Shown here: one piece after another, positions 8,501-17,325 of the stretch
Position numbering within the stretch: position 1 is the stretch's first letter
Layout of the letters: each line of letters begins with the position of its first letter
Assembly: GCA_963704555.1 (NCBI GenBank)
Contig: OY969921.1
Location: 2,805,600 to 2,869,599 of the forward strand
From: an uncultured Solirubrobacterales bacterium
Lineage (GTDB): Bacteria > Actinomycetota > Thermoleophilia > Solirubrobacterales > Solirubrobacteraceae
Length of the DNA stretch: 64,000 bases
Direction: 5' to 3'
Notes under the pieces: model-generated
What the model was told of the DNA's origin: nothing
The model's input: only the letters and a program-made list of their open reading frames with translations
Database searches by the model: none
Program-made: the position numbers and the translations under genes

Positions 8501-10185
8501 GCCTGGAAGGCAGCGACGCGCTTCCCGCGCTTGGGCTACTTGGCTTCCTGCAGGTCGAACCCGTTGGCGAACGCCTCGGTGAGGGTGACCTTGCGGCATT
8601 GATAGAACAGCAAGGACCGATCGGCGGTCCGGTGGATGGCACTGTGCAGGTCGGCCGCTCGGGCTTTCGCCTGCGCGCCACACGGATCGAGGTGGGTAGC
8701 TCCACCGACCCCGGAAGCTCCCGTCACGAGCTGGTCGGAGTGTTGCGCGGAGCGCCGATCTTTCACCAAGACGGCGCCTGGTCCTCAATCCGCCGCCCAG
8801 GACCCGGTAATTCACATGGCGAAGGGGAAGCCGTCGGAGTCGATGGCGTCCGCGGCGTGCCTGTGGTGCGCGAGGGCAAGCTCGTCGGCGAAAGCGCGAC
8901 CGAAGTAGATGTCGGAGCGCCCGGCGAGTATCGCTTCGTCGACCCGATCGATCTGCACGAGCCCGAATCGCCACAGTTCGAGTACGGCTTCATGCAGATC
9001 TCCCCCGCGCACGCATTCCTCTTCCCGCGACCGCACATCGACGAAGGCGTCGCGGAATTGAGCACCCGCAGCGTGCCTTACGTCGCCGATGTGTATGCCC
9101 GCATGACCGCCAAGGGCGCATTCCCACCCGCGGCCAACGCGGTTCAGCTTCCCTCAAACGCGCTGCTGCTCGATCCGGGCGGCGCCTTTCGCCTGCGCGA
9201 CGCCGTCGACATCACCGCTCCCCGGCCTCCCCTGATCCTCGCCAGCAACGGCAGCGACGTGGTTCAGATCGACTACTCCGAAGCGCGACTTCAGACAAAC
9301 CTGGAAGCCGATAGCTGGAGCCTCGACTTCACCGACATGAAGCTCTGGAGCGACTTGCTGGGGATCAAGAAGTTCGCCGGCTGGAGCTCTGACCTGCAGG
9401 CGGGCACGAGTCGCAAGCCGCTGATCGAAAACATCAACACGCTGATGGCCTCCGAGCTGCAGAGCGCGCTCAGCTTCCTGCAGGCATTCTCCTCGCCGCC
9501 CACACTCGCGCCTGTGGACCTCAGCGCGACCAACGGCGTCAGTGAGACACAGCTGTCGGTGATCATCAGCGTCTTCTTCGAACCGATCCCGAAAAAGCTC
9601 AAGATCGCGCTCGGCGTCAAGGGACAACTCGGATGGGAACACGCTCCGGCCGGAGTGCCGACTCCCGAAATGCCGACGGCGCCCACGGAGACCATCTCCG
9701 GAGCAGTGCTGCTGTGGGCTCAGATCGAAGGGAAGATCCCGATCACCGGCGTCTTCTTCCTGCTGCTTGGCGCTCAGCTGCAGGTTGGCGCCAAGTTCCT
9801 GATCAGCGAGAAAGCAGAAGTTCCCGAAGGCACCAGCTCCGAAGCGGTCACTGTGCCACACAAGCCCTCACTGGTGTTCGATCTTGAAGTGAAGGCCTTC
9901 GTCGGCGTTGGCATGAGCGCCGGGATCGTGGAAGGCTCGCTCTCGATCGGGGTTGCAATCGTGATCGAAGCGGCGGTGGTGAAGGTCGGGCCGCTCGTGC
10001 TGTTGCAGGCCGAAGTCGACCTCGAGATCATCAAGGTCGAAGTCTCGGGCGAATTCAAGGGCCTGTTCTTCGAAGAAAGCTCATCGACCATGTGCGAATG
10101 GGGCGGCACGGTTGAAATCAACGTGTCGATTTGCTTCATCGGCATCCACTTCGGCCTCGAACTGGCCGAGATAAGCAAAGTCTGA
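5545..10185 (+). CDS. very large uncharacterised protein (1546 aa); no family motif recognised
   Basis: Uninterrupted 4.6-kb ORF. The first canonical start is TTG 5545, although the frame is open from 5296; an alternative GTG lies near 5715. The C-terminal ~160 aa is rich in hydrophobic Gly/Val/Ile segments. Followed 12 nt later by the next large ORF. Confidence 0.75.
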   Translation: MPFRVPVELNIPGLGASPVQPQHILGPLPGLTGIHWFELFGPEDAYTIYAGGETRPVLVLTEARLPRFELGLHPGSSYTVEISGGTVWILASALDPALPAERYLGFTVASGSLVLKSAPAVTGRQLTLTGPLEGTLQVKPTTADAPSAGECQAGVTIDPPSKVTVAWGSGGPPQLELGNGSASFAGETVKFSKYQSSIEAQPALDAVLFEYQASPKKLDLGALSNDLLTVEGETSIKGGWALTLNEPSNPDLPGEASGPGFYLLFPQEPVAARWPGLSAPVTLNQATVTLNEGQLTLGSSHTTSREAAEETLQLYGLRDEPSAPRLPLELSFGPADFTFAYVCDAEHGEGLYATCAANLRIDRPIDLAGRPLSLGEATPALFALERREGVTNVEAIGLAAALTSPAGLGRRLLALRNALLAVTEPAMFLLRGTLSAPSTVDAGRLELVLGSEGWLPTLPDPYVSNLGRGVRGSLGERAMTRIAIAQCAWQEPEHPVLSFHGLLSAPAATPAEAPEGTPRALTQGEGQVLVPTQTQQGSTLQSGDRLSVRALGAEPFASHASAERGEEFALQERQLVAMQALARETIPDLGEGLRLLDVSTNKDLLGVEIGVEETQESSSFAAAALPVSVSEGDTFALEGMDVCTPASNLRVFTLPQVQWEPVRTLDVDQDLAHIGFFPTPLASATDGGATVFGVRSTRLVAAIPDIAVDAALEEFTGGRGLGMLTTLPFGIKALLTLRPTESSGGRAPDSISRNQPDFSTQALRGGAQLALVAESGPSTGPMSSSFEGATLQLLNGVSLQSGAPLNISVLGSPLDPTDSVQRIFNDEFGPSSEHRRVPVTRLDISGYGESTFSEWLHPSAAYAQTAKAQFEVMVGRAALEVIKVASILYPWGIRLTRTVTIERTAGAGVIRRDSGWQASSPGVFNFPPGESAAAPYLVEPGLLQGLFNVRNIRPTGGLPVEFVAKESGKQVILTPKYFDADAHIDGLEGSDALPALGLLGFLQVEPVGERLGEGDLAALIEQQGPIGGPVDGTVQVGRSGFRLRATRIEVGSSTDPGSSRHELVGVLRGAPIFHQDGAWSSIRRPGPGNSHGEGEAVGVDGVRGVPVVREGKLVGESATEVDVGAPGEYRFVDPIDLHEPESPQFEYGFMQISPAHAFLFPRPHIDEGVAELSTRSVPYVADVYARMTAKGAFPPAANAVQLPSNALLLDPGGAFRLRDAVDITAPRPPLILASNGSDVVQIDYSEARLQTNLEADSWSLDFTDMKLWSDLLGIKKFAGWSSDLQAGTSRKPLIENINTLMASELQSALSFLQAFSSPPTLAPVDLSATNGVSETQLSVIISVFFEPIPKKLKIALGVKGQLGWEHAPAGVPTPEMPTAPTETISGAVLLWAQIEGKIPITGVFFLLLGAQLQVGAKFLISEKAEVPEGTSSEAVTVPHKPSLVFDLEVKAFVGVGMSAGIVEGSLSIGVAIVIEAAVVKVGPLVLLQAEVDLEIIKVEVSGEFKGLFFEESSSTMCEWGGTVEINVSICFIGIHFGLELAEISKV

Positions 10186-10197
10186 GGTGAGCGAATC

Positions 10198-13100
10198 GTG
10201 AGCAGCGTACCCCGCCTTACCCTGATCCCCTACCTGCAGTCCTGGAACGGGGCTAGCGCCACGCTCACACTGAACGTCGTCGCGATCCCCGACGGCGATC
10301 CGCGCGCGTCGCTCACCGAGGGCTTTCCCACCACCGGGCCCCCTATCTCTGAAGCCAAGCTGGTGCTCGCGGCCAACCTCTCCTCAGAAGTCACACAGCT
10401 TCCGATGCTCACCGAAATCAGCGCCAGCGTAAGCGTGACACCGCCGATGCCGTCTGAGCGCGGGCTTGTCTTCGAAGCGCTGGAAGCCCTATTCAAACCT
10501 TCGGTAGCGGCAGCCCTGCCCGTGCGCAGCTCTGAACGCACGTTGCACAAGTATCTCGCCCCGAGCTACCGCAACGCGTTCGCGTTCGTCTCGCCGCGCA
10601 CCGAACTGGCGAGCATCGACGATGAGTACAAGTGCATGCTGCGCTGCCCGCCAAAGCAGCCTCTGCCAAAACCTGCCCCGCCCAGCTACAGCTGGATCGA
10701 CGCGCTGGGCTACGCAATGCGCCAGCCGATGGTGTTGCGCGCCGCCGGCCTGTTGCACACGATCGAGGTGACGCTCCCCACCCCCGATCTCTACGCTGAG
10801 GGCGGCTGGCTCTTCCTGACGCTCGATGCGAGCAGCGACTACGCGAGCTCGGCCCCGTTGCCGGGCTTCCTGCGCAGCTTTGCCACACGCGTGCCCTCGC
10901 TGAGCGCCGCTACGAAGAGACCGATCTTCACCGCTGTTCTCTTCCCCGCGTTCGCCGACGCCGGTGCGGCCGCGGCGACAGGCGACTCATACGACGAAAT
11001 ATTTCCCGAGGCGATCCGCTTCGACGACGGCTTTGCCAAGATCGTTCACGCCGCCCAGCAAGAGACGATGCTGCATCTCGACGAAGCCGGCGAAAGCCCT
11101 CCGCCGATTCAGGACCTCGGCATCTTCCTCGGCTGGGACGACGAGGACGTGCTGATCGCCCAGAATCGCCAGATCGGACTTAACCCCGACGGCAGCGAAC
11201 CGGCGGAAGCGCCCACCGGTGCGCTCGGATACCGCGTCGACGCGCGTACCCTCGGCGCGACAAAGTGGAGCTCGCTTGCGAAGGTTCACGCCGAGCAAGT
11301 CCTGTTGGGCACGCTCGACCTGGGCAGCTTCGACGGCGAGTTCCGCACCGAAGCTCATCCTCGGAGCTTGGGAGAGGAGCTGTGGCTGCCTGCCTACTTC
11401 ACCAGCTGGACCGGTGAATCGTTGGTGGCGAAGAGCCTCGACGACAAGCTGTTGCGTGGGATTCCCGGCGCCTCCTCCTCGCCGTATACCGCTGTCGGCC
11501 TCGACGCGGTCCCGCTGCGCTACGGGCAGAGCTACGAGTTCCGTGTGCGCCTCAGCGACCCAAGCGGCGGCGGGCCAGAGCTTGAAGAAGACGCGTTCAA
11601 CGCCGGCGAGCATCCCACGGCGGAGGTTCCCTTCAGGCGTTATGTGCCACCCAAGCAGCCGCGTGTGCAGACTCAGGAGACCTCGCCGGAACCACTCAGC
11701 GTGACGCTCGAACGGCCGCTGATCGGCTACCCGGAGGCCGTCTACACCGACATCTCCGAAGCGCAGACCCAGCTGATGGCGATCCACCGGCACAACGTCG
11801 AAAACCCCTCAGAACTGCAGGAAGTGGGATTGGCAGACGTCGATGCGAGCTACGTCGAGGTGCGCGTATTGGTGCGCACTCCCGCGTTCGACCCGGCAGC
11901 GAGCTTTGACGACTGGCTCGAGCTGTACACGACCACGCGCGAGTTCCCCTCCAACCCCGACGCGGCGATCACCCTGACGGGCAGCTACATGGACGTGGCC
12001 CAGCTCTCCGCACTCGATGTGAGTGCCCAGCAGGGTGCGCTTGGGAGCGTCAGCGGCCCGCTGCCGCTCCCCACGGCGCGCGACGTGCGCGTGGAACTGC
12101 GCGCGCTCTGTCGCGAAGATGCGACCTACTTCGCAAACGAAGCGGCGCGTCGCAGCCTTGCGGTAACGATCGACTTCCATCAGCCTGCCTCGAGCGAGCC
12201 CGAACCATTCCGTCCGATCGACCCCACGCTCGGCATGCGCTCCGTTTTCCTGCAGCCCGACTCCGTAGCGGGGGAATCAAGGCCCGCGGTGGTGCAGATC
12301 CAGAACGACCCGTCGGAAGTGCTGCTGGCGCGTCTCGCGCAAGCCGCAGGGCTAAGCGTCGGCGAAGGCGTGCTGCTGGCGCTGCCCGGCGAACGCGTGG
12401 TGTTCGGCTGCGCGGGCCTCGGCCACCGCCTCTCGCCCGACGGCGGCTCGCTGACGCTAACCCACCTTGCGGAGCTTGCGGGACAGTGGCTGAACGTGGT
12501 GCGGGTGGAGCTCGACCGCGACTGGACGTGGAAGGGCGCGGGCAGCCCATCACTGCGGCTGACGCGCTCGATCGCGCCCCTGCCAGGGGGTGCGACAAGC
12601 AGCGAAGAAGTCACCACGGTGCAGCTGATGAGCGCGGTGAACAGCACCGCGACCGAAGCGGAACCTGAGCGCGATCGTACGGTCGTGATTTTCATCGACG
12701 CTTTCAAGGCGCCTCTGGAAGGTGGCTTCCCGCACGAGCTCGCGCTCGGCTACGAGGTCGAGCTGTTGCTCGAGGACGGCGCTAGCGCACAGGTGTCACT
12801 GTCCAACACGCTGCCGGTCACGACAACCCCGCGCCAGATTCCGCAGGTGGTAGCGGCGGGGTATGCACTCTCCGAATACCTGGCCGACAAGGAATATTCG
12901 AGCACGGGCGAGCGCACGCGAATGCTGTGGCTGGAGCTCGCCGAGCCGTTGCGGGACACGCGTGACGCGTACTTCGTGCGTGTTCTCGCGCACAGCCCCG
13001 ATCCGATGCTGCTGGCACGCGTCGAACCTGCGGCCGATCCCCCGGGCTACGCCAGATCCGTGCTCGACCCTGAGCTGGTGCGCACGATCACCCCGGGCGA

Positions 13101-13815
13101 GGCCGACGATCTCGCAGGCCTTGCGACCATGCAGAAGCTTATCCCTGCGCAGGGATCGGATCGCCACTTCCTCGTGCCGCTGCCACCCGGCGTCTCGGCC
13201 GCCTCGCCGGAGCTGCTTGGCTTCTACACCTATGAAATTCGCGTCGGGCACGATCGTGGCACCGTGACAAATCCCTTCTGGTCAACGGCGCAGGGGCGCT
13301 TCGGCGAGCCGGTGGTACTCGAGGGAACACAGCACCCGGCGCCAACGCTGACCTGCGGGGTGACGCGGCTACCCGAAGGCGTGCTCATCGCGGCGCCTTA
13401 CGCGCGGCCCTACTACGAAGGGGCAAACCTCCTGCCGCAACCACCTAACACCGAAATCTGGGTCGTGCTCTATGCCCAGGTCCACCAGGCCGATAACGCC
13501 TCGATGCGAAATATCGAGCTGGTCGTACAGCGCGCCTCGCTCAAGCGTGAGGTCTTGGGCGCCGTCGGCATCGAGGACTTCGCAAGCGCGGGCACTCCGA
13601 GCGGGTTGATGGCCACGGCCAACTTTAGCAACGCCGATATAGAAGCATTGCTCGCACAGTTTGGGCTCGACGACGAGACGCCGCTGAGCGCGCTCGCGAT
13701 CGAGTTGATCCCCGAGCCCAACTCACCTTTCAACGATCCGTTGCGTAGCGAGCTCGGCGAAGTCAGGATCCTGCGCACCTCGCCGCTGATGACGATCGAG
13801 GGCGTCTGCTGCTGA
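10198..13815 (+). CDS. very large uncharacterised protein (1205 aa); no family motif recognised
   Basis: Uninterrupted 3.6-kb ORF. GTG start preceded by GAGGTGAG 5 nt upstream. Ends in ...IEGVCC. No signal peptide, P-loop or known repeat seen. Confidence 0.8.
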   Translation: MSSVPRLTLIPYLQSWNGASATLTLNVVAIPDGDPRASLTEGFPTTGPPISEAKLVLAANLSSEVTQLPMLTEISASVSVTPPMPSERGLVFEALEALFKPSVAAALPVRSSERTLHKYLAPSYRNAFAFVSPRTELASIDDEYKCMLRCPPKQPLPKPAPPSYSWIDALGYAMRQPMVLRAAGLLHTIEVTLPTPDLYAEGGWLFLTLDASSDYASSAPLPGFLRSFATRVPSLSAATKRPIFTAVLFPAFADAGAAAATGDSYDEIFPEAIRFDDGFAKIVHAAQQETMLHLDEAGESPPPIQDLGIFLGWDDEDVLIAQNRQIGLNPDGSEPAEAPTGALGYRVDARTLGATKWSSLAKVHAEQVLLGTLDLGSFDGEFRTEAHPRSLGEELWLPAYFTSWTGESLVAKSLDDKLLRGIPGASSSPYTAVGLDAVPLRYGQSYEFRVRLSDPSGGGPELEEDAFNAGEHPTAEVPFRRYVPPKQPRVQTQETSPEPLSVTLERPLIGYPEAVYTDISEAQTQLMAIHRHNVENPSELQEVGLADVDASYVEVRVLVRTPAFDPAASFDDWLELYTTTREFPSNPDAAITLTGSYMDVAQLSALDVSAQQGALGSVSGPLPLPTARDVRVELRALCREDATYFANEAARRSLAVTIDFHQPASSEPEPFRPIDPTLGMRSVFLQPDSVAGESRPAVVQIQNDPSEVLLARLAQAAGLSVGEGVLLALPGERVVFGCAGLGHRLSPDGGSLTLTHLAELAGQWLNVVRVELDRDWTWKGAGSPSLRLTRSIAPLPGGATSSEEVTTVQLMSAVNSTATEAEPERDRTVVIFIDAFKAPLEGGFPHELALGYEVELLLEDGASAQVSLSNTLPVTTTPRQIPQVVAAGYALSEYLADKEYSSTGERTRMLWLELAEPLRDTRDAYFVRVLAHSPDPMLLARVEPAADPPGYARSVLDPELVRTITPGEADDLAGLATMQKLIPAQGSDRHFLVPLPPGVSAASPELLGFYTYEIRVGHDRGTVTNPFWSTAQGRFGEPVVLEGTQHPAPTLTCGVTRLPEGVLIAAPYARPYYEGANLLPQPPNTEIWVVLYAQVHQADNASMRNIELVVQRASLKREVLGAVGIEDFASAGTPSGLMATANFSNADIEALLAQFGLDDETPLSALAIELIPEPNSPFNDPLRSELGEVRILRTSPLMTIEGVCC

Positions 13816-13841
13816 GAGGCGCAGCGCGGATCGAACGCTCG

Positions 13842-13955
13842 TCAACCACCGCTACCCGCCTCGCGATAGGCGACCCGATGACCATGCAGGACGAGGTGAC
13901 GGATCTCGAATTCCTCGGCTACTTCCTTGGTTGCGATGCTTGCTGGTTCCGGCTC
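13842..13955 (-). pseudogene. N-terminal remnant of an alpha/beta-hydrolase gene
   Basis: Minus-strand translation VEPEPASIATKEVAEEFEIRHLVLHGHRVAYREAGSGG then a stop. This matches the usual hydrolase N-terminus (x-V-x-V-x-G-x-R-h-A-Y-x-E-x-G) but ends where the PxxLLHG segment should follow. No canonical start codon. Confidence 0.4.
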
Positions 13956-14313
13956 AACCCCCCAATTCCTCGGAGACAGATTGGAATAGCGCCATCTGCT
14001 GACCAAGCGCCTCGCCGGTGAAGGCTTCGATGACGCCGATGTCGTCAACGATCGACCCCGCACGGGTGACCAATCTCCGGAACTCGTCGCTCGAGCGAAC
14101 CTCATTCAGCGAAGCGCGCGAGCCGCGCAACAGGATGAAGCCCGCGAGGTCGCCTCCATGCGGGGCGATCAACACAGGTTCGAAATTTTCGATCTTGCCC
14201 TCCTGTTGCAAACTGCCGTAATAGGTAAGTGTCTCCTGGAAGACCTCCAACGCCTTCAACTCGCGGCCCCGAACAACGGGACCCCAGCCTAGGAACAACG
14301 CATCGCCAGCCAT
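13954..14313 (-). CDS. hypothetical protein (119 aa)
   Basis: Clean ORF with balanced composition. No motif recognised. Confidence 0.5.
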   Translation of the reverse strand: MAGDALFLGWGPVVRGRELKALEVFQETLTYYGSLQQEGKIENFEPVLIAPHGGDLAGFILLRGSRASLNEVRSSDEFRRLVTRAGSIVDDIGVIEAFTGEALGQQMALFQSVSEELGG

Positions 14314-14678
14314 GTCTAAATCCTCTCTGTTGAGGTTTTGACAGCAAGGCTACTCCCGCTCCGGTGGTCCGTCGAGATGACAATAGGCAGCCAAACGTCG
14401 CAGGTGAGTACACCCGAGGCGTTGGCGATCAGGGTCGACCGGACGTGCACCGCCGAGGGCATCGTCGCGATCATCGAGGACTTAGTGTTCCTCGCAGCCG
14501 GCCAGAATGAAGCCCCCGCTCGTCGCGTGATCCGGCACCTGGTTAGCGGTGATGACCCGGAAAGCCTCGTGCGCGACGGCACGGATGCGACTTGACCTTA
14601 GCGTCCAGCGCCTAGGGAGGCAGAACACTCCTGTGCCGGCGCCATAAGACCACACTCTCGATATCTCCGTCTAACGTT

Positions 14679-15017
14679 TCACTTCCTAACACATCTTCTC
14701 ACGACTGCTTTTGCCTCCTGTTGGGTCAGTGGCTCGCCATACCGCATAAGGCCAGTTTCTCCATGCTGCGCCTCCTCTGCGCCGAAACGTTGCCTTACCG
14801 CCTCAACACCGCCGCTCTTCAAGCATGCGTTGATCGCCACCTTACTTCTATCGTAAGTCACCACAGCCCTACCGTCCTTCCGTGCAGGTGGGTCCTTCCG
14901 TGCAGATGGCGTGTCGGTTGCAGTTGAATGCTTCTCGGTTTCGCCGCACGCTACGACGACACTTGCCGTTATAGCGACTATCGCTGTTACACATAGGCGT
15001 AAGTAGCGAGTTTTCAT
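14679..15017 (-). CDS. putative lipoprotein (112 aa)
   Basis: N-terminus MKTRYLRLCVTAIVAITASVVVAC with a lipobox-like VVAC. The region looks lower in G+C than its neighbours. Confidence 0.6.
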   Translation of the reverse strand: MKTRYLRLCVTAIVAITASVVVACGETEKHSTATDTPSARKDPPARKDGRAVVTYDRSKVAINACLKSGGVEAVRQRFGAEEAQHGETGLMRYGEPLTQQEAKAVVRRCVRK

Positions 15018-15092
15018 CGAGCCTCCCTAAAGTTTGGTCATACTGCAGTGCCCTACATAGGTCTCATAAGCCATAGATCGCGGTTCAGACTG

Positions 15093-16241
15093 TCACCCGT
15101 TGGCACCCTCCGAACGACGCACAATCCCACGCACGAGGCGCACATTCTTGTACAGGGTTTCACCCGTGCTCTGTTCTAAGATCGCAAGCCGTGCCGACAC
15201 GGAATATCCGCCGTCCGCCTTCAGAATCGCTTCGGATCGCGCATTCAGCTTGAGCCTCACCGTACTCGTCTTGCCCGGGACAAGTGAAAATTCCCCGGTG
15301 CCGAGCATGACTGTGCGCGTACGCATCCCCTTCCCAGCCTTGGTCCTTATCCCCATCGACAGAGAGAGCTTGACATCGCAATGCCCGCCCCCGGCGCAGC
15401 GCAACTTGATCGCAGCGCCGCCGCCGCGCCCCACGACGATGCGGGTGTTCGCGAGCGACGCTTCCGACACGGATTCGATGGTTGGTGGTGTGGGGAGACG
15501 CTCCAGTATCTTCGCCGCTTCCCGCGCCCGCGCTTCTTCTTCCTCCTTGCGCACAGCCTCTGCGTTGGCAACCTGTTGGGCGGTGGCCGCGGCGTCCTGC
15601 TCGGCAACCCATGGTTCAAGTAAAGGTTCGTATGCTTTCGCGGTGTTTTCGGGCACCGGTGGCGAACCTTCACTTCGTGAACCCCCGACGGCCAAGGTCC
15701 TGAACAGCCGTTCCCTCGTTATCACGTGACCGGCGGAGTTTACGGCAGCCACCACGTAGCCATATTGTTCGTTCGCTTCCAGTCCCGTCACGGCTGTACT
15801 CACCATCTGCGCCCCGTTGCCGGCGGCTATGTGACCTTCACCCAGCGGACCCATCACCTCGATATAGCATTGCTTTTCATATCCGGCCCCGGGGCCTTTG
15901 CACACTTCGTGCCCCAACCAAAACGAGTACGCAGTTTCGAGCCCTTCCGGATTGATATGAGCTTCGAGCGTCGCGTCACCTTCGGCCACACCGGACACCG
16001 ACTCGCTTTCGACCATAGGTGCCGACGCGGCGCTTGACACCGCGGGTATGCATACGAGCCACAAAACGGGAAGCGATGCCAGTATTAATAGAACGAGGCG
16101 GCTGCGGAGCCAAACCACGCGGCGCGCTCTTACACGAGCCTTCGCGAGCCCGGATCGCGCTGGTGCTAGAGCTCCTGTTCGATGAGAAGGGCTGGGGTGG
16201 TTTCGTCTCATCCCTTCTGTCGCTAACCCGCTAGGCTTCAT
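15093..16241 (-). CDS. secreted or membrane-anchored protein with an FN3-like module
   Basis: 382-aa ORF. Hydrophobic signal/anchor LVLLILASLPVLWLVCIPAVSSAASA. ATLEAHINPEGLETAYSFWLG resembles the module ATLSGTVNPNASDTHYYFQYG of the 993-aa protein at 56722-59703. Confidence 0.6.
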   Translation of the reverse strand: MKPSGLATEGMRRNHPSPSHRTGALAPARSGLAKARVRARRVVWLRSRLVLLILASLPVLWLVCIPAVSSAASAPMVESESVSGVAEGDATLEAHINPEGLETAYSFWLGHEVCKGPGAGYEKQCYIEVMGPLGEGHIAAGNGAQMVSTAVTGLEANEQYGYVVAAVNSAGHVITRERLFRTLAVGGSRSEGSPPVPENTAKAYEPLLEPWVAEQDAAATAQQVANAEAVRKEEEEARAREAAKILERLPTPPTIESVSEASLANTRIVVGRGGGAAIKLRCAGGGHCDVKLSLSMGIRTKAGKGMRTRTVMLGTGEFSLVPGKTSTVRLKLNARSEAILKADGGYSVSARLAILEQSTGETLYKNVRLVRGIVRRSEGANG

Positions 16242-16596
16242 CGACTGTTTCCACTAGACGCGCGCCTGTGAACCGCCGTTTCAACCAAAAGCTCGTCTCG
16301 ACATCCCAGAATGCTGGCGGGATAGAGCCAACAGGCGTGGCAAACTCGAATCCTTGAGTGGCCACAATAGCCGGCGGTGTGATATGGACAACATCTTCGA
16401 CTTGGGCCGTATACGCGCCGACAAAACCGGCGATATGCTCGCCCTCAGGAAGTCGGGGCGGACCACCAGCAGGTTCGTCAAACACCACCGGAAACGCTTC
16501 AGAGTCGGCTTTCTCCGCCTTTTCTGCATCGAATCCTTCATAGGCGGTTTCGGATGCGGCTTGTAAATTGACAGCTTCGGGACTCGTCAACATCAC
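16231..16596 (-). CDS. hypothetical protein; possibly the 3' part of a frameshifted gene with 16538-16987
   Basis: 121-aa ORF that overlaps the upstream ORF by 59 nt in a different frame. A single-base shift near 16620-16630 would join the two reading frames. Confidence 0.4.
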   Translation of the reverse strand: MMLTSPEAVNLQAASETAYEGFDAEKAEKADSEAFPVVFDEPAGGPPRLPEGEHIAGFVGAYTAQVEDVVHITPPAIVATQGFEFATPVGSIPPAFWDVETSFWLKRRFTGARLVETVDEA

Positions 16597-16987
16597 CGTC
16601 TGCTGCGCACGAAGCTGTTCGCCCTTCGGTAGGCGAGCCGCTGATCACCAGCGGATTCCCCAACAGCGACAGCGATCCAACCGTCGCAGAATCCCCATAC
16701 CAAGGATACGCCACGACACGAGAATCCCCACGACCGTGGCGCGAGTATTGACCACGCGATCCAGAGCTCGTACGTGCTACCGCGGGCTTTCCCCGAACCG
16801 GGCCCTCGTGACGGGCTCCCACGTGAGCGGCTGTCCCCAATGGTCGTGTGGCTGAAGCGACCGCCGGCCCCACACCCGCGAGCGCAACCAACACCAGGAG
16901 CACGCTTATACAAGCGCACCGTGCACCTCTGCTCCTACCTGCCATCCGTCCCCCCACCTCTCTCGAGTTCGAGTCCAGGCGCCACAC
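16538..16987 (-). CDS. hypothetical secreted protein (N-terminal part)
   Basis: Signal-like segment ARCACISVLLVLVALAGVGPAVASA. See the 16231-16596 entry. Confidence 0.4.
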   Translation of the reverse strand: MWRLDSNSREVGGRMAGRSRGARCACISVLLVLVALAGVGPAVASATRPLGTAAHVGARHEGPVRGKPAVARTSSGSRGQYSRHGRGDSRVVAYPWYGDSATVGSLSLLGNPLVISGSPTEGRTASCAADGDVDESRSCQFTSRIRNRL

Positions 16988-17325
16988 ACGGCTACACGAG
17001 TCGTTTTGTACGCGCGCTTTTTATCACACGCCGGGGAGCACAGCCCGTTCACTGACATAATTTTGATAATAAGACTATGGATAGTTTCGCTCGCGCCAAT
17101 CGACAAACGGCTCGCATCCAGACGATCCGCCGAAACCTCCTGCTGCAAGATTCCTTGCAGACATTTGGACCGGGGGCTCAGACTGGCCCAACAGCCCTCG
17201 ATACACGACCGCGTCTCGCGCGTGGAGCTACAACCCGAGCTGTCCGTCGGCGACTTTGACGAGTCGTCGTAGCTGCGTGGGATCGACTCGCGCGTCCCGG
17301 GCTCGCTGCGGAGACTTTCGCAAAG

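Noticed and set aside
14338-14595. 85-aa plus-strand ORF in the 14.3-14.7 kb gap
   Set aside because: It has no recognisable motif or Shine-Dalgarno sequence. It cannot be distinguished from chance.
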